Below are positions 15,722 to 28,453 of a DNA stretch of 64,000 nt, in pieces. Made by a program: the position numbers and the translations under genes. The stretch spans positions 28,768,001 through 28,832,000 of the forward strand of contig OZ024743.1 in the NCBI GenBank assembly GCA_964016885.1, in the 5' to 3' direction. Origin of the DNA: Eledone cirrhosa (lineage: Eukaryota). Every line of letters begins with the position of its first letter. Within the stretch, counting starts at the first letter, position 1. The notes beneath the pieces were generated by a model. It saw nothing but the letters and a program-made list of their open reading frames with translations. It made no database searches and was not told the origin of the DNA.

Positions 15722-15780
15722 CGTACATACATACATACATACATACATACATACATACATACATACATACATACATACAT
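12540..15780 (+). repeat. About 3.2-kb CATA/CATTA compound satellite
   Basis: Direct reading. Confidence 0.95.
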
Positions 15781-17130
15781 AAAAGAAAATATGGTCATCA
15801 GAACTGTCAGCAAAAGAAAATATGGTCATCAGAACTGTCAGCATACAACAAATACATTGCCCAAAATACTTATGCTGTGCCAATTCTAACGCCAACATTT
15901 GGCCTACTGAACTGGTCATTGCAAGAACTAAGTGAGATGGATGTTAGAACTCGAAAACTTCTCAGTGTTACTGGGAACTTTAACATCAATGGTGATGTGG
16001 ATAGGCTATACTTCTCACGCAAGGAAGGTGGCCGGGGTCTAAAATCAATATTAACAACATATGAGACCCGGATAGTGACACTGAAGCAACACCTTCAACA
16101 GAGGAAAAAGGTTGGCAACCATCTTGCCCAGGTTTATGACCATGAAAAAAGAAATATCATTAGAATAGCGACTGATCTGGAGGAGAGATATGGAATAAAG
16201 CCCGATATAAATCTCTCACCCAGAGAAATCGGAAGATCCTATTCAATGTTCAAACAAGAAAAAAAAATTGACCAATTTACAGAAAAAGTTGTGCATGGAT
16301 ACTTGAGGCGTAAAACACAGACCATAGAGGGGATAAACCACTCAAAAAGCCTGGCATGGAGTTCCGACAAGTTTATGACATCACACCTTGAGGGATATCT
16401 CTATGCAATACAGGAACAAGAACTCCCTACCAAATATCTGCTGCACAAAAGAGGAGGGCCAGCAGCTGACAATAAATGTAGGCTATGTAAAACAAAGATC
16501 GAGGATGTAAGCCACATTGTTGCCAGCTGCGAAAGAATGTCATCTCGCTACTACCTCCCCATGAGACACGATGGGATAGCTAGAACCATCTGGAACGCAC
16601 TTCGGAAAACAAAATTAACAACAAACGAGGAAGAATATATTGAGACAGATGGCACTAAGGAATACTGGTGGAACCTGAAAATAAAAACTGCCACCAGATT
16701 AAAGCACAACCGGCCTGATATTGTAGTTTGGGACCACACATTGAAAACGTGTTCTGTTGTGGAGATCAGCTGCCCACTTGATGTAAACGTTGTCAGAAAA
16801 ATACAGGAGAAGGAGGACATCTACGGACCATTGATGAGGAGTTTACAAATCCAGTATCCAAGATACACCTTTAGCTTCATACCCATCATTATTGGTGCTA
16901 CGGGTTATATACCAACCCGCTTGGACCAAAGTATGACTGAACTTGGATTTGCGGACAAAAAGCGCAGCTCCCTAATTCATAGTCTACAAATGGCTGCGAT
17001 AGCTGGCACCTTCAAAATTTGCAAAACATTCTTGCGATTCAAGGGATGACAATTTCTTTTCTTTTACAACCTTGCCACCAGGAAGGTGGCCGGTCAAAAA
17101 AATATACTCAAAATTAAGAGAAAGAGAAAA
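15781..17130 (+). mobile_element. 5'-truncated R4/Dong-clade element inserted in (CATA)n
   Basis: Open C-terminal ORF and short 3' UTR, with (CATA)n on both sides. Confidence 0.9.
15877..17049 (+). CDS. C-terminal part of RLE-type LINE protein (CCHC knuckle and PD-(D/E)xK endonuclease)
   Basis: DRLYFSRKEGGRGL, CRLC..EDVSHIVASC, RHD, HNRPDIVVWD, VVEISCP, PIIIGATG. Confidence 0.85.
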   Translation: MPILTPTFGLLNWSLQELSEMDVRTRKLLSVTGNFNINGDVDRLYFSRKEGGRGLKSILTTYETRIVTLKQHLQQRKKVGNHLAQVYDHEKRNIIRIATDLEERYGIKPDINLSPREIGRSYSMFKQEKKIDQFTEKVVHGYLRRKTQTIEGINHSKSLAWSSDKFMTSHLEGYLYAIQEQELPTKYLLHKRGGPAADNKCRLCKTKIEDVSHIVASCERMSSRYYLPMRHDGIARTIWNALRKTKLTTNEEEYIETDGTKEYWWNLKIKTATRLKHNRPDIVVWDHTLKTCSVVEISCPLDVNVVRKIQEKEDIYGPLMRSLQIQYPRYTFSFIPIIIGATGYIPTRLDQSMTELGFADKKRSSLIHSLQMAAIAGTFKICKTFLRFKG

Positions 17131-17190
17131 CATACATACATACATACATACATACATACATACATACATACATACATACATACATACATT

Positions 17191-17800
17191 ACATGGTGGC
17201 TGCAAACACGTTTTCGAGTACGGCCACTATTTTATATCCATGTAGGAGAACGCCTGCCGATGCGCTGAACAAGTGTGACTTTTTAGTCCAGCCAGCGACT
17301 TGAAAACTGTGGTACAAATACTACACTTGTGACAATTATTGACACATAGTGCTGGGGCCATGGTACCATGTGACGACAAGTGCAAAGAGATCTGCAGATA
17401 TAAAGCAATGCCTGTGCCGTGAAGCTTTTATAGTGACAAAGGCACTGCACAAAGCCAGTCCCACTCTCTTAACCAAGATGATATTTACCAAAAAGAAGAA
17501 CATGTCAACATCATTGGATACCATCATAGTTGCAGGTGTTATATCAGAGTTTTCCTTCTAGAATTCTGCCTTGACAAAGGCTAAGGGGTCATCTCTCCCG
17601 GTGATTTTGGATGGCCATTGACTCTTAAGAGCTCCTTTGCCCTTTGACAGGTTTTGTTTTTAGTCCTGCAGGATGTCCAAAGTCACCCTCCTCACCAAGA
17701 AACCTTGGTGGGGTTGCCAGTTTAGTCGCCAACGACCCGACCATGAGACAGGTTGTACTGGAATACATGTTACCAGTAGCACCAACTGGTGACCTGTCAT
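17191..17800 (-). mobile_element. About 600-bp non-coding retroposon, family C (longest copy)
   Basis: Near-identical copies at 18917-19482, 51452-51805 and 62465-62754 share one end and are variably truncated at the other. Flanked by CATA repeats. Confidence 0.8.
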
Positions 17801-17844
17801 ACATACATACATACATACATACATACATACATACATACATACAT

Positions 17845-18890
17845 ACATACATACATACACACTGCGTGCCTATCAGAAAAAAATCATACATGGATATGTT
17901 GCCAGGAAGCTCCAGAGTGAGAGCAATATAGATAAGGAAAGTAGTCTATCTTGGATCAACAACCGCTATATTGGCTCCCACTTTGAAGGATACGTTTTTG
18001 CAATCCAGGAACAGGAGATTAGCATGAAATACCTGATTCACAAAAGAGATAGGGATGCAGGCAAAACACCTAGATGTGATCACAAGTGCAGACTCTGCAG
18101 AATTAACATCGAGGATATCACCCATGTGTAAAGATGTAATCGCGGTACTATCTACCTATGAGGCATGATGTAATGGCAAAAATACTGTACAATGCATTTC
18201 GTAAAAAAGAGAGCTCTGATAATAAACACATTAAAAGCTACAACAATGTGGAAGACATCCATGTACATAATATGAAAGAGTACTGGTGGAATGTTCCAGT
18301 AAAAATCCCAATAAAATGCAGGCATAAAAGACCATATATTGTGATATGGGACAGCAAGAAGAAAACATGCACAGTAGTGGAAATTAGCTGCCCAGCAGAT
18401 GCCAATATAATATCAAAGATTAGTGAAAACGAGAATATTTATGCAGAACTGATGAGAAATCTGCAGATACTCCACCCTGATTACACCTTCAGATTTATGC
18501 CTGTGATTATTGGGGCACTGGGATATGTTAGTAACTGCCTCAACACAAATCTTGAAAAGATAGGCTTCACAGAAACAGAAAGAACATAACTAGTTAGGAA
18601 ATTACAAGAACAATCCATTAATGGAACAGTAAAAATATGTAAAACATTCCAAAAATGTTGCATCTAATAACTGCATATACACATGTACAGATACAAAGCA
18701 TATACACATGCACACATACAACCCAAAACATACACACCCAGACATACAATAACATCCATATCTACACATGTATGCATACATAATCTACCTAGTTGATGCT
18801 GTGTAAATTCCAATGAGAGAGGCTTGTGTCTATGTTAGAAACCGACTCTCTCTCTATTGGTAAAAATTTCTGAAATTATAAAACAAGAAG
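17845..18890 (+). mobile_element. Second R4/Dong-family 3' fragment, degenerate
   Basis: SHFEGYVFAIQEQE, CRLC, RHD, KRPYIVIWD, VEISCP. Flanked by CATA repeats. Confidence 0.85.
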
Positions 18891-18916
18891 AACATAGATA
18901 CATACATAGATAAATA

Positions 18917-19482
18917 CATGGTGGCTGCCAACTCGTTTTCGTGTACGGCCACTATTTTATATCCATGTAGGAGAACCCCTACCGATGCGCTGAACGAGTG
19001 TGACTTTTTAGTCCAGCCAGCGACTTGGAAACTCTGGTACAAACACTACACTTGTGACAATTATTGACACATAGTGCTGGGCCCATGGTACCATGTGACG
19101 ACAAGTGCTGACAGATCTCCAGATATAAAGCAATGCCTGTGCCGTGAAGCTTTTATAGTGAGCAAAGGCACTGCACAAAGCCAGTCCCACTCTCTTAACC
19201 AAGATGATATTTACCAAAAAGAAGAACATGTCAACATCATTGGATACCATCAGGGTTGCAGGTGTTATATCAGAGTTTTCCTTCTCCTAGAATTCTGTCT
19301 TGACAAAGGCTAAGGGTTCATCTCTCCCGGTGATTTTGGATGGCCATTGACTCTTAAGAGCTCCTTTGCCCTTTGACAGGTTTTGATTTTAGTCCTGCAG
19401 GATGTCCAAAGTCACCCTCCTCACCAAGAAACCTTGGTGGGGTTGCCAGTTTAGTCGCCAACGACCCGACCATGTACAGGTT
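18917..19482 (-). mobile_element. Family C retroposon copy
   Basis: High similarity to 17191-17760. Confidence 0.8.
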
Positions 19483-19619
19483 GTACATATACATACATAC
19501 ATACATATACATACACACATATACATACATACACACACACATACATACATACACACACATACACACACATATATAACATACATACACGTATGCATACGCA
19601 CACACAAAAAAAATAAAGA

Positions 19620-20248
19620 TAGATACATACATAGATACATACATACATTACATACATACATTACATACATACATTACATACATACATTACATACATACAT
19701 TACATACATACATTACATACATACATTACATCATTACATACATTACATACATTACATACATTACATATATACATTACATACATTACATACATTACATACA
19801 TACATACATTATATACATACATTACATACGTACATTACATACATACATACATTACATACATTACATACATTACATACATTACATACATACATATATTATA
19901 TACATACATTACATACATACATTACATACATTACATACATTACATACATACATATATTATATACATACATTACATACATTACATACATTACATACATACA
20001 TATATTATATACATACATTACATACATTACATACATTACATACATACATATATTATATACATACATTACATACATTACATACATTACATACATACATATA
20101 TTATATACATACATTACATACATTACATACATTACATACATACATATATTATATACATACATTACATACATTACATACATTACATACATACATATATTAT
20201 ATACATACATTACATACATACATTACATACATTACATACATACATACA

Positions 20249-20279
<31 letters not shown>

Positions 20280-20553
20280 CATACATACATACATACATAC
20301 ATACATACATACATACATACATACATACATACATACATAGGAAGAGGAAATAACCCATATATCTAACTTCATCTAATTTTTATAGAGATTTCTGGTGACC
20401 TTGGCCACCCACTGCTGACCACCGTCGTTATTGTCTCTTCCTATGTATGTATGTATGTATGTATGTATGTATGTATATATGTATATAATATATGTATGTA
20501 TGTATGTATATATGTATATAATATATGTATGTATGTATGTATGTATGTATATA

Positions 20554-20607
<54 letters not shown>

Positions 20608-20680
20608 TGTATGTATGTATGTAATGTATGTATGTAATGAATGTATTATGTAATGTATGTAATTATGTAATGTATGTATG

Positions 20681-20711
<31 letters not shown>

Positions 20712-21290
20712 TGTATGTATATAATATATGTATGTATGTAATGTATGTAATGTATGTATGTAATGTACGTATGTATATAATGTATGTAATGTATGTAATG
20801 TATGTAATGTATGTAATGTATGTAATGTATGTAATGTATGTATGTATGTAATGTATGTAATGTATGTATGTAATGTACGTATGTATATAATGTATGTAAT
20901 GTATGTAATGTATGTAATGTATGTAATGTATGTATGTATGTAATGTATGTAATGTATGTAATGTATGTATGTATGTAATGTACGTATGTAATGTATGTAT
21001 ATAATGTAAGTATGTATGTAATGTATGTAATGTATGTAAGTATGTAATGTATGTAATGTATGTAATGTATGTAATGTATGTATGTATGTAAGTATGTAAT
21101 GTATGTAATGTATGTAATGTATGTAATGTATGTATGTATGTAAGTATGTAATGTATGTAAGTATGTAATGTATGTAATGTATGTAATGTATGTAATGTAT
21201 GTATGTATGTATGTAATGTATGTAATGTATGTAATGTATGTATGTATATGTATGTGTGTGTGTATGTATGTATGTATGTATGTGTGTGTG
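19620..21290. repeat. CATA/CATTA satellite that switches strand at about 20338-20443
   Basis: CATA phase on the left, TATG phase on the right. Confidence 0.95.
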
Positions 21291-21292
21291 TA

Positions 21293-21690
21293 TGGCACAG
21301 AGTTGGCTACCCGCAGGTGTGAGGCTAACGAGCTAGAATGGCTCTTCCAGTGCGATTCCCTCACCATCCTCCGGATTTCTCACAACAGTGAGAGATGGAG
21401 AGAACGGGAGAAACGGAGGTAGTGGCAGTTGGAGTTTGGTTCTTTGGAGTTTGGTTCTTTTGTGTTCGGACCTTGTGTATATGTGTGTATATAAGTAGGT
21501 ATATCCACGTGAACCGCTAAAATCCGATTTCTATGTACTCTTATTAGGAATATATAAGACCAGCAGCAGTGATTCTGAAAGTTTGTCATCTAATCTCTCA
21601 AGCCTTTATCCCTTTATCATATACTTCGATGTTTACACTGAACCCAAATATGGTTAACGATATTTTTATTTTATTTTATTTTATTTCAGT
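21293..21690 (+). mobile_element. CRE-clade LINE 3' end
   Basis: ELEWLFQCDSLTILR resembles WLLQRVSLAMVRGN at 33.3 kb. Shares gttcggacc with the 35.9-kb copy. Confidence 0.55.
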
Positions 21691-21829
21691 GTATCTATAA
21701 CTTTAATATCAATCAAACAAACAACACTATCTGAACTCGAAATACAACCTTAATAACACTAACAACAGTAAAAACAACAGCTGATATTTGAGAACATCAC
21801 ATGAGGATCACAATAAAATCACAAACACT

Positions 21830-22068
21830 ACACTGTAAAGAGATTATGTAGGTGTCACGACAAAAGCATCCAATCCACACTGTAAAGTGGTCCTGTAGGT
21901 GTCACAACAAAAGCATTCAATCCATAACACTGTAAAGTGGTCCTGTATGTGTCACGACAAAAGCATTCAATTCACACTGTAAAGTGGTCCTGTAGATGTC
22001 ACGAGAAAAGCATCCAATCCACACTGTAAAGTGGTCCTGTACGTGTCACAACAGAAAGCACCCAGCAC
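21830..22068 (+). repeat. Minisatellite, five units of about 47 bp, leading into a SINE-type tail
   Basis: Unit acactgtaaagtggtcctgtaNgtgtcacgacaaaagcatYcaatYc. The tail to about 22236 ends in GAT repeats. Confidence 0.9.
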
Positions 22069-23576
22069 AAACTGTAAATGTGGTTGGTGTTAGGAAAGGC
22101 ATACAACCGTAGAAATTAAGCCAAAGTCAGTTCCGTATGAGTGAATCACGGTCCCCCAACCTGATCTCTCACTAAGGTACAGCCTGTCCTACCCATGCTA
22201 GCGTGGAAGATGGACGTTAAACGATGACGATGATGTTGATAGACGGGTAGCACTAATGCGCAAAAAAATTGCGTTCGCATCGTCATCAACATAATCATCA
22301 TCATCACCATTAAAAATAATAAATTTCAGTTTATGGCCATATCTATACATTACCAAAATGTAGAGAATTCTTCACGGATGCTATCCGCTTAATTGTTTGT
22401 CTCGCACGCGTTGGTAGTGTTCTTATATTTAAACAAAATGCATGGATTAAAATCGAAATGGATTCGTTGGAAATTCTATCAAAACTCTAATCATTTTTAT
22501 ATAAGTGTTAAGCAAAAGCACAATTTTGTATTCAGTAACGAATTTAAAACGAAATAAATGCAGTTTATGCTTGAAGCGAGCTATGCCTTTCTTTCAGTGA
22601 AAACTTCGTTTTTGTTGCGTTTATTTTTTTTACTCACATTTTGTAATCAGGGATTTTTAATCGAATTGAAAATAAAAATTGAAAGTAGCCAAACTATTAC
22701 GTGTTTTCTTGCTTACTTCATATCTTCGGTTTTAGTTCAATTGGAAATAAAAACGCTAGTGGCTGCCTAAAGAAAATAGGTGATGCGTTCTTCAAATAGC
22801 ACATCGTAACAAATAACCACATTATTGAAAATAGCAGCCAAGAGAAAACAAATAGAAACAAATATGATAAAAACGCTGAGACATTTACGAAATAGTTTAA
22901 AACATTTAAACTCTTTTATTTGAAATGATAATATCCGTTAATTTCTCGACGTTACATTATAAACATTTATAAACTTAAAAAGATTGAAAAAAACGATTTC
23001 TCCGGGAGAAATCTCTTCGTTTATAATATTTTCATTTATTTTCTTTCTCGAAAATAGACTGAAAAATATGTTTGGCGAATAGCAACTAAAATGTTCCTAA
23101 TCTATTCAAAAACGTCATAGATATGATTATTTCTTCTAAATTAAAACGATATATTTCTTTCTATCCCAATTCCCCACCTCTCTATCCCTCCCCCTCTCTC
23201 TCCCTTTCTCTCATTCCTCTCTCCCTCTCCCTCTCCCACACCCCCTCTCTCTATCTATCTATCTCTCTATCTATCTATCTATACATCGATACATCTATAT
23301 CTGCCAGGTTCAGTATCATTTTATCACATTCAAAGTATCATTTATTGATAATTTATAAATTATGAACAACATATTAAGAATATAATTTACGAAATTGACA
23401 AAAAGGAAGAAAAAAAAAAACGAATCGAAAAAGAAATATAAATTTGAAAAAATAAATAGTGTGGAATGGGAAATGACTTTCATTCGTTTGAAATCATCAT
23501 GACTAAACGTATTGAGTAACTTTTTAAACAGTTGTCACCTCCCGATGCCCAAGAGGAATCCACCCATAATTTTATT

Positions 23577-23618
<42 letters not shown>

Positions 23619-23629
23619 TATATATATAT

Positions 23630-23825
23630 ATAGGAACAAGTATAACCCCAACGGCAGAGCTCAAGCCGTTTCGACGGCTAATTCTGGACGTCCAGAATTA
23701 GCCGTCGAAACGGCTTGAGCTCTGTCGTCGGGGTCATACTTGTTCCTATTACCCACTCTACTACCCTAAGTATTGAGTACTTTGGTGCGTTATAGTCCAT
23801 CTGGTTCCTTACCACATTTCCTTCG

Positions 23826-23828
<3 letters not shown>
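23630..23828 (+). mobile_element. Fold-back module, family D (120-bp palindrome + about 80-bp tail) in (TA)n
   Basis: Arms 23630-23689 and 23690-23749 with no spacer. Relatives at 51.0, 56.1, 56.35 and 62.8 kb. Confidence 0.85.
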
Positions 23829-23884
<56 letters not shown>

Positions 23885-25075
23885 GTCTCCAACTGATCCG
23901 CTGAATCCCCAAGCGAGACCAGCCAAGCTCATGAATGTTATCTCAGCCACCTTGCTCGGGGTCTAGTCTTGGGTCCCCTGCCGGTTTTACCCGTAAAATC
24001 TGTCCACCGATTTTTTCCTCAGACATTCTAACCACATGCCCACAACATTGGAGCTGCGATTTCTCAATTCGGAGAGGTAGAGGCTTTACTTGTCGCGACT
24101 CACTGATCTCCTAGCTACATACCCTATCGAGTAACATTACTCCAAAGACCCTTCGGAGGAACCCCATTTTTGCGGGTTGTATTCGCGATCGTATTCTTTC
24201 AATAATTATCCAAGGTTCAGATATGTATGTATATTGTTAGATGTGTACTCAGACCAGTAGAGAGCCTACTTCTCCGGCACTACGAGCATGTGGTTAGAAT
24301 ATCTGAGGAAAGAATCGCTAGACAGATTGGCAAAACCAGCCTACAGAAATCCCAAAAGGAAATCACGAGCCAGATGGTTGGATAACATCCATGAACTCTA
24401 TTACTCCCGCTTGAGTATTCATTCAGATCTATTGAAGACGATTACTTCTGACAAGTCTTTCTGGAAGGCGTGTCTGAGGACTTTGCTCTCATCACCCTCC
24501 GTTATAAGCGGGTTTTTATGCCGATAGGCACGTTTTGTCAGCGCAATCCTCTGTTGCGAGGTTCAGCTCCTTAAGGTCGACATTCATTTGAGTCTTTCCA
24601 TGTTTTTCTAGGTCTAGCTCTTCCACGATACCTATCCACTCAGATTTCCCTAGTTCTTTATACAGCTCTTATTCATAGCCGTTCCCCATTGCACTGTGCG
24701 AACCTTATGGAATTTCTGCCCACCTCATTCCGACATATCGAACAATGCCTTTCCCCTTAGGTTAAGAATCCTCGCTTCTTTCCTACTTATTAAAACTTTA
24801 CTCTGTGCTATGTTCGCTACAGTTCTAGGTTTTGCTTCCATATAGGGAAATTCGCATGTAACTCTTCCACAGATTCAGCTATGAATACTATGTCAGCTGC
24901 ATGCAAGTTCTCACGGATAGCCAGGCTGAAACTCTTCTGTTATGGCTTGTTCATATTAAGAATAATTATGCCATAACCCTTTCAGAACCTTTCATGATCA
25001 GTTCCGTCAACTTTAGAAAATCAGCTTTGCTCTTCAAGCAGTTTACGATGCTTCTTTTCCAGTCATTGATTATAT
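23885..25075. mobile_element. Cluster of degenerate RTE fragments in both orientations
   Basis: LRIEKSQLQ..GHVVRM-type and RARWLDNI motifs, similar to those at 44.4 and 54.3 kb. Confidence 0.6.
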
Positions 25076-25121
25076 TGTTGATATAGTCATTTATACAAAA
25101 GTAATGTGTGTATGTATGTGT

Positions 25122-25170
<49 letters not shown>

Positions 25171-25315
25171 TAATTTTTTAAAATTTTCTTATTTTACGTC
25201 TTTTATATTATTGTTCTGCATCCTCCTGCATTGAACCACCTAGGTACTATGACATAACCTGTGTATTTGCTAGCATTAGCGTACATCTGTACGCATATGT
25301 TAGTAGATATACTAA

Positions 25316-25356
<41 letters not shown>

Positions 25357-25375
25357 CTATGCTTGAAGCAAATTC

Positions 25376-25460
<85 letters not shown>

Positions 25461-25600
25461 GCAATTTGCTTCAAGTATAGCTTTATGCAAATATGTATAG
25501 AAATTACGTATTTCTAAAGAAACACGGTTTTAGGAAGCCGAAGCTATGCAAATACCGGGCCTAACGCCATCTGGGGTATTCAGCAGAAGCAAGGGTGACA

Positions 25601-25644
25601 ACCGTCTGTGCATTTCAGGCTTGACTGGCCTTCATCAGGACGGT
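25601..25644 (-). ncRNA. Type I hammerhead ribozyme, probably inactivated (U16.1 to C)
   Basis: ACCGTC-CTGATGA-AGGCcagtcaaGCCT-GAAA-TGCA-CA-GACGGT. Confidence 0.7.
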
Positions 25645-25689
25645 CCCTCCCACCGCTTGCGACTGCTGGACTTGAAAACAGTCGAGATA

Positions 25690-26069
25690 TATACACGCAT
25701 GGATGTGCAATGTCAATGTGCCTGAACGACCAATCATAGACGAGTTGAGAAAGAAACTGGGTGTAAGAGAGATAAGTTATGGTGTGCAGGAGAGAAGGCT
25801 GAGATGGTATGGACATGTGATGCGCATGGAGGATGAACGCTGGGTAAAGAAGTGCCAAGAAATCCCAGTAGAAGGAAGACGCAGTAGAGGTAGACCGCCA
25901 AAAACATGGGCGGACGTGGTGAGAGCAGACCTCAGATCGCTGAAACTCATGGAGGAGATGAAGGACCGTGACAAGTGGAGAGATGCTGTGGTGAATAGGA
26001 CCCGTCCAACCCTTGCAAGCAGGGAAAAGCGGACGTAAAATGATAGTGATGATGATGGTGATGATGTTG

Positions 26070-26070
<1 letters not shown>
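25690..26070 (+). mobile_element. RTE LINE 3' end with (GAT)n tail
   Basis: RRLRWYGHVMRM..GRRSRGRPPKTW..DRDKWR. Confidence 0.9.
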
Positions 26071-26138
<68 letters not shown>

Positions 26139-26704
26139 CTTATGTATATATATATAGTAATAATAATAAATGTGAAGACTAAAATCCGAGGAGGGCTCGA
26201 TAAGGATAAATATAGATCCAAAAATATATATATCAAATATATATATAGAACACTAGAGCAAATATATAATTTTAATCTGTTATCTTGATATATATATATA
26301 TGTGTATAAGCATATATGAATATGCATACATACATAGACACACACATCAGTTTACGTGTGACCGCACGCATGCGTTTCTCTGTTTCCGTTTGCATCTCTT
26401 TGAATAGTCGTTATTGTTTATGACGCGTCCTTTTATGACGTAACTTTTGTTAGCTGAGTGAGGAAGTTAAAATATATATCTTTAACTATGATAGAATAAC
26501 GTCGACGCGTGCAATCCAAAGAATAGTTTTATAAACGTACATATATATATATATATACATACATACATATGTATATATATACATACATACATACATATGT
26601 ATATATATACATACATACATATGTATATATATATATATATGTACATGTACATATACATATACATATATACATGTACATATACATATATATATATATATAT
26701 GTAT

Positions 26705-26822
26705 ATATGGAAAGTTATATTTAAATTGTTGGGTTACAATTGTTAATATGATATCCCTGAAATATATATAATGAAATAAATATGGTTTTATAAATATAGT
26801 TTCCATTTATTTAATATCGTAT
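26705..26822 (+). mobile_element. Truncated PLE pseudo-LTR, same family as 57912-58190
   Basis: Inverted tail piece joined to the 3' half of the HHR (aatatgatatccctGAAAtatatata), between TA tracts. Confidence 0.7.
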
Positions 26823-26910
26823 ATATGTATATATATATTATATATATATATATATATATAAATACATACATACATACATTCATATATATATGTTTTAAAT
26901 ATATATATAA

Positions 26911-26999
<89 letters not shown>

Positions 27000-27001
<2 letters not shown>

Positions 27002-27243
27002 AGAGGTGAAGTTGGAAATAGCAGAGAAATACATTTAAGGGTCCGCCTCTCCTTTCCCATCCCTTTCCCGACAGTTTTATTTATATAGATTGGTGTCATC
27101 TTTTCAGTAGTGTCACTTTTACGAGGCTGGGAAGGGATAAGAAAGGAGTCGATGACCCTTAAATGTGTTTTCCGTGCTATTTCCAACTTCACCTTTTCTC
27201 TGTATCCACTGTTTCGTATGGAACCTTGCTTCCCTTTTCTAAT
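27000..27243 (+). mobile_element. Fold-back module (about 70-bp imperfect arms + about 45-bp tail)
   Basis: ggtgaagttggaaatagca..catttaagggtc is inverted at about 27129-27197. Lies between (GA)n and (TA)n. Confidence 0.65.
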
Positions 27244-27505
27244 ATATATATATATATATATATGTATACATACATACATACATACATACATACATACATA
27301 CATACATACATACATACATACATTCATACATACATACATTCATACATACATTCATATATACATACATATGTAATTACATATATATATATATACATATATT
27401 CATACATTATGTATATAAACATACATATATATATATATGCATACATACATTTATATATATATACATACATACATTTATATATATATATATATATATACAT
27501 TTATA

Positions 27506-27537
<32 letters not shown>

Positions 27538-28421
27538 CATACATTTATATATATATATACATTATACATATATCTACATACATAGATTATATATATATAA
27601 ATAAAAATATATATATATATACATACATTCATATATACACAAACAACACATCTACATACATACTCACAAACTTGATCAAAATCCCTTACTTTGCTTCATC
27701 CGAAGGTGTTTTCCTACGGCATTTTACACAGTACATCATAGTTTTTCTTTCAATTCGCCTTCTGGCCCCACTTCGTATTCTAGGCCCTTGAGGAAAATCA
27801 TTATATGTTTCTCTATGTACTTTACTATTGCCCATCATTTCTAAGTGTAATAACTAGTTAAATAATTTCTCGCTGAAAGTCTCAGCTCTTAATAATCGTT
27901 GTACCTCTCAGCTTCGACGAAAACGTTGCGGAAAATTATAATTCTAAGATGACACAGAGTTTTAGCTTGCCTCATTAGATCTTCTCCTAGGCAAGCTTGT
28001 TGGGGAAATGTGCTTGCATTTGTTTCTTCATAGAATCGAATGAAATATTTCAATCCCTATTTAATAAGCGTCGTCAACTTGATTCGAATGACGCTTGTTT
28101 AGAAATAACGGAATTTAATCCAAGCTATTGTATTGATGACGAAACAAATCACGTGAATGTTATGTTTAAATATTTTTTGCCGTTTCTATAGCTTTACGTT
28201 GGACTGCGTTGCTTAATTGGTCACTTTAGTTTGTTGCAATGTATTAAATATGATGCTTGAATGTGATGAAATAGAGTAATATAAATGACCACGCACACAC
28301 ACACGCACACACACACGTAGTACGTATGTGTTTGTGTATTTACACACGTATATATTTATAACGTTTAACTGTGTACTATGTATATACACACACATACACA
28401 GAAACATATAAACATATACAG

Positions 28422-28453
<32 letters not shown>

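Noticed and set aside
21830-22068. CRISPR-like periodicity
   Set aside because: Contiguous tandem units with no unique spacers, no cas genes, and eukaryotic context.
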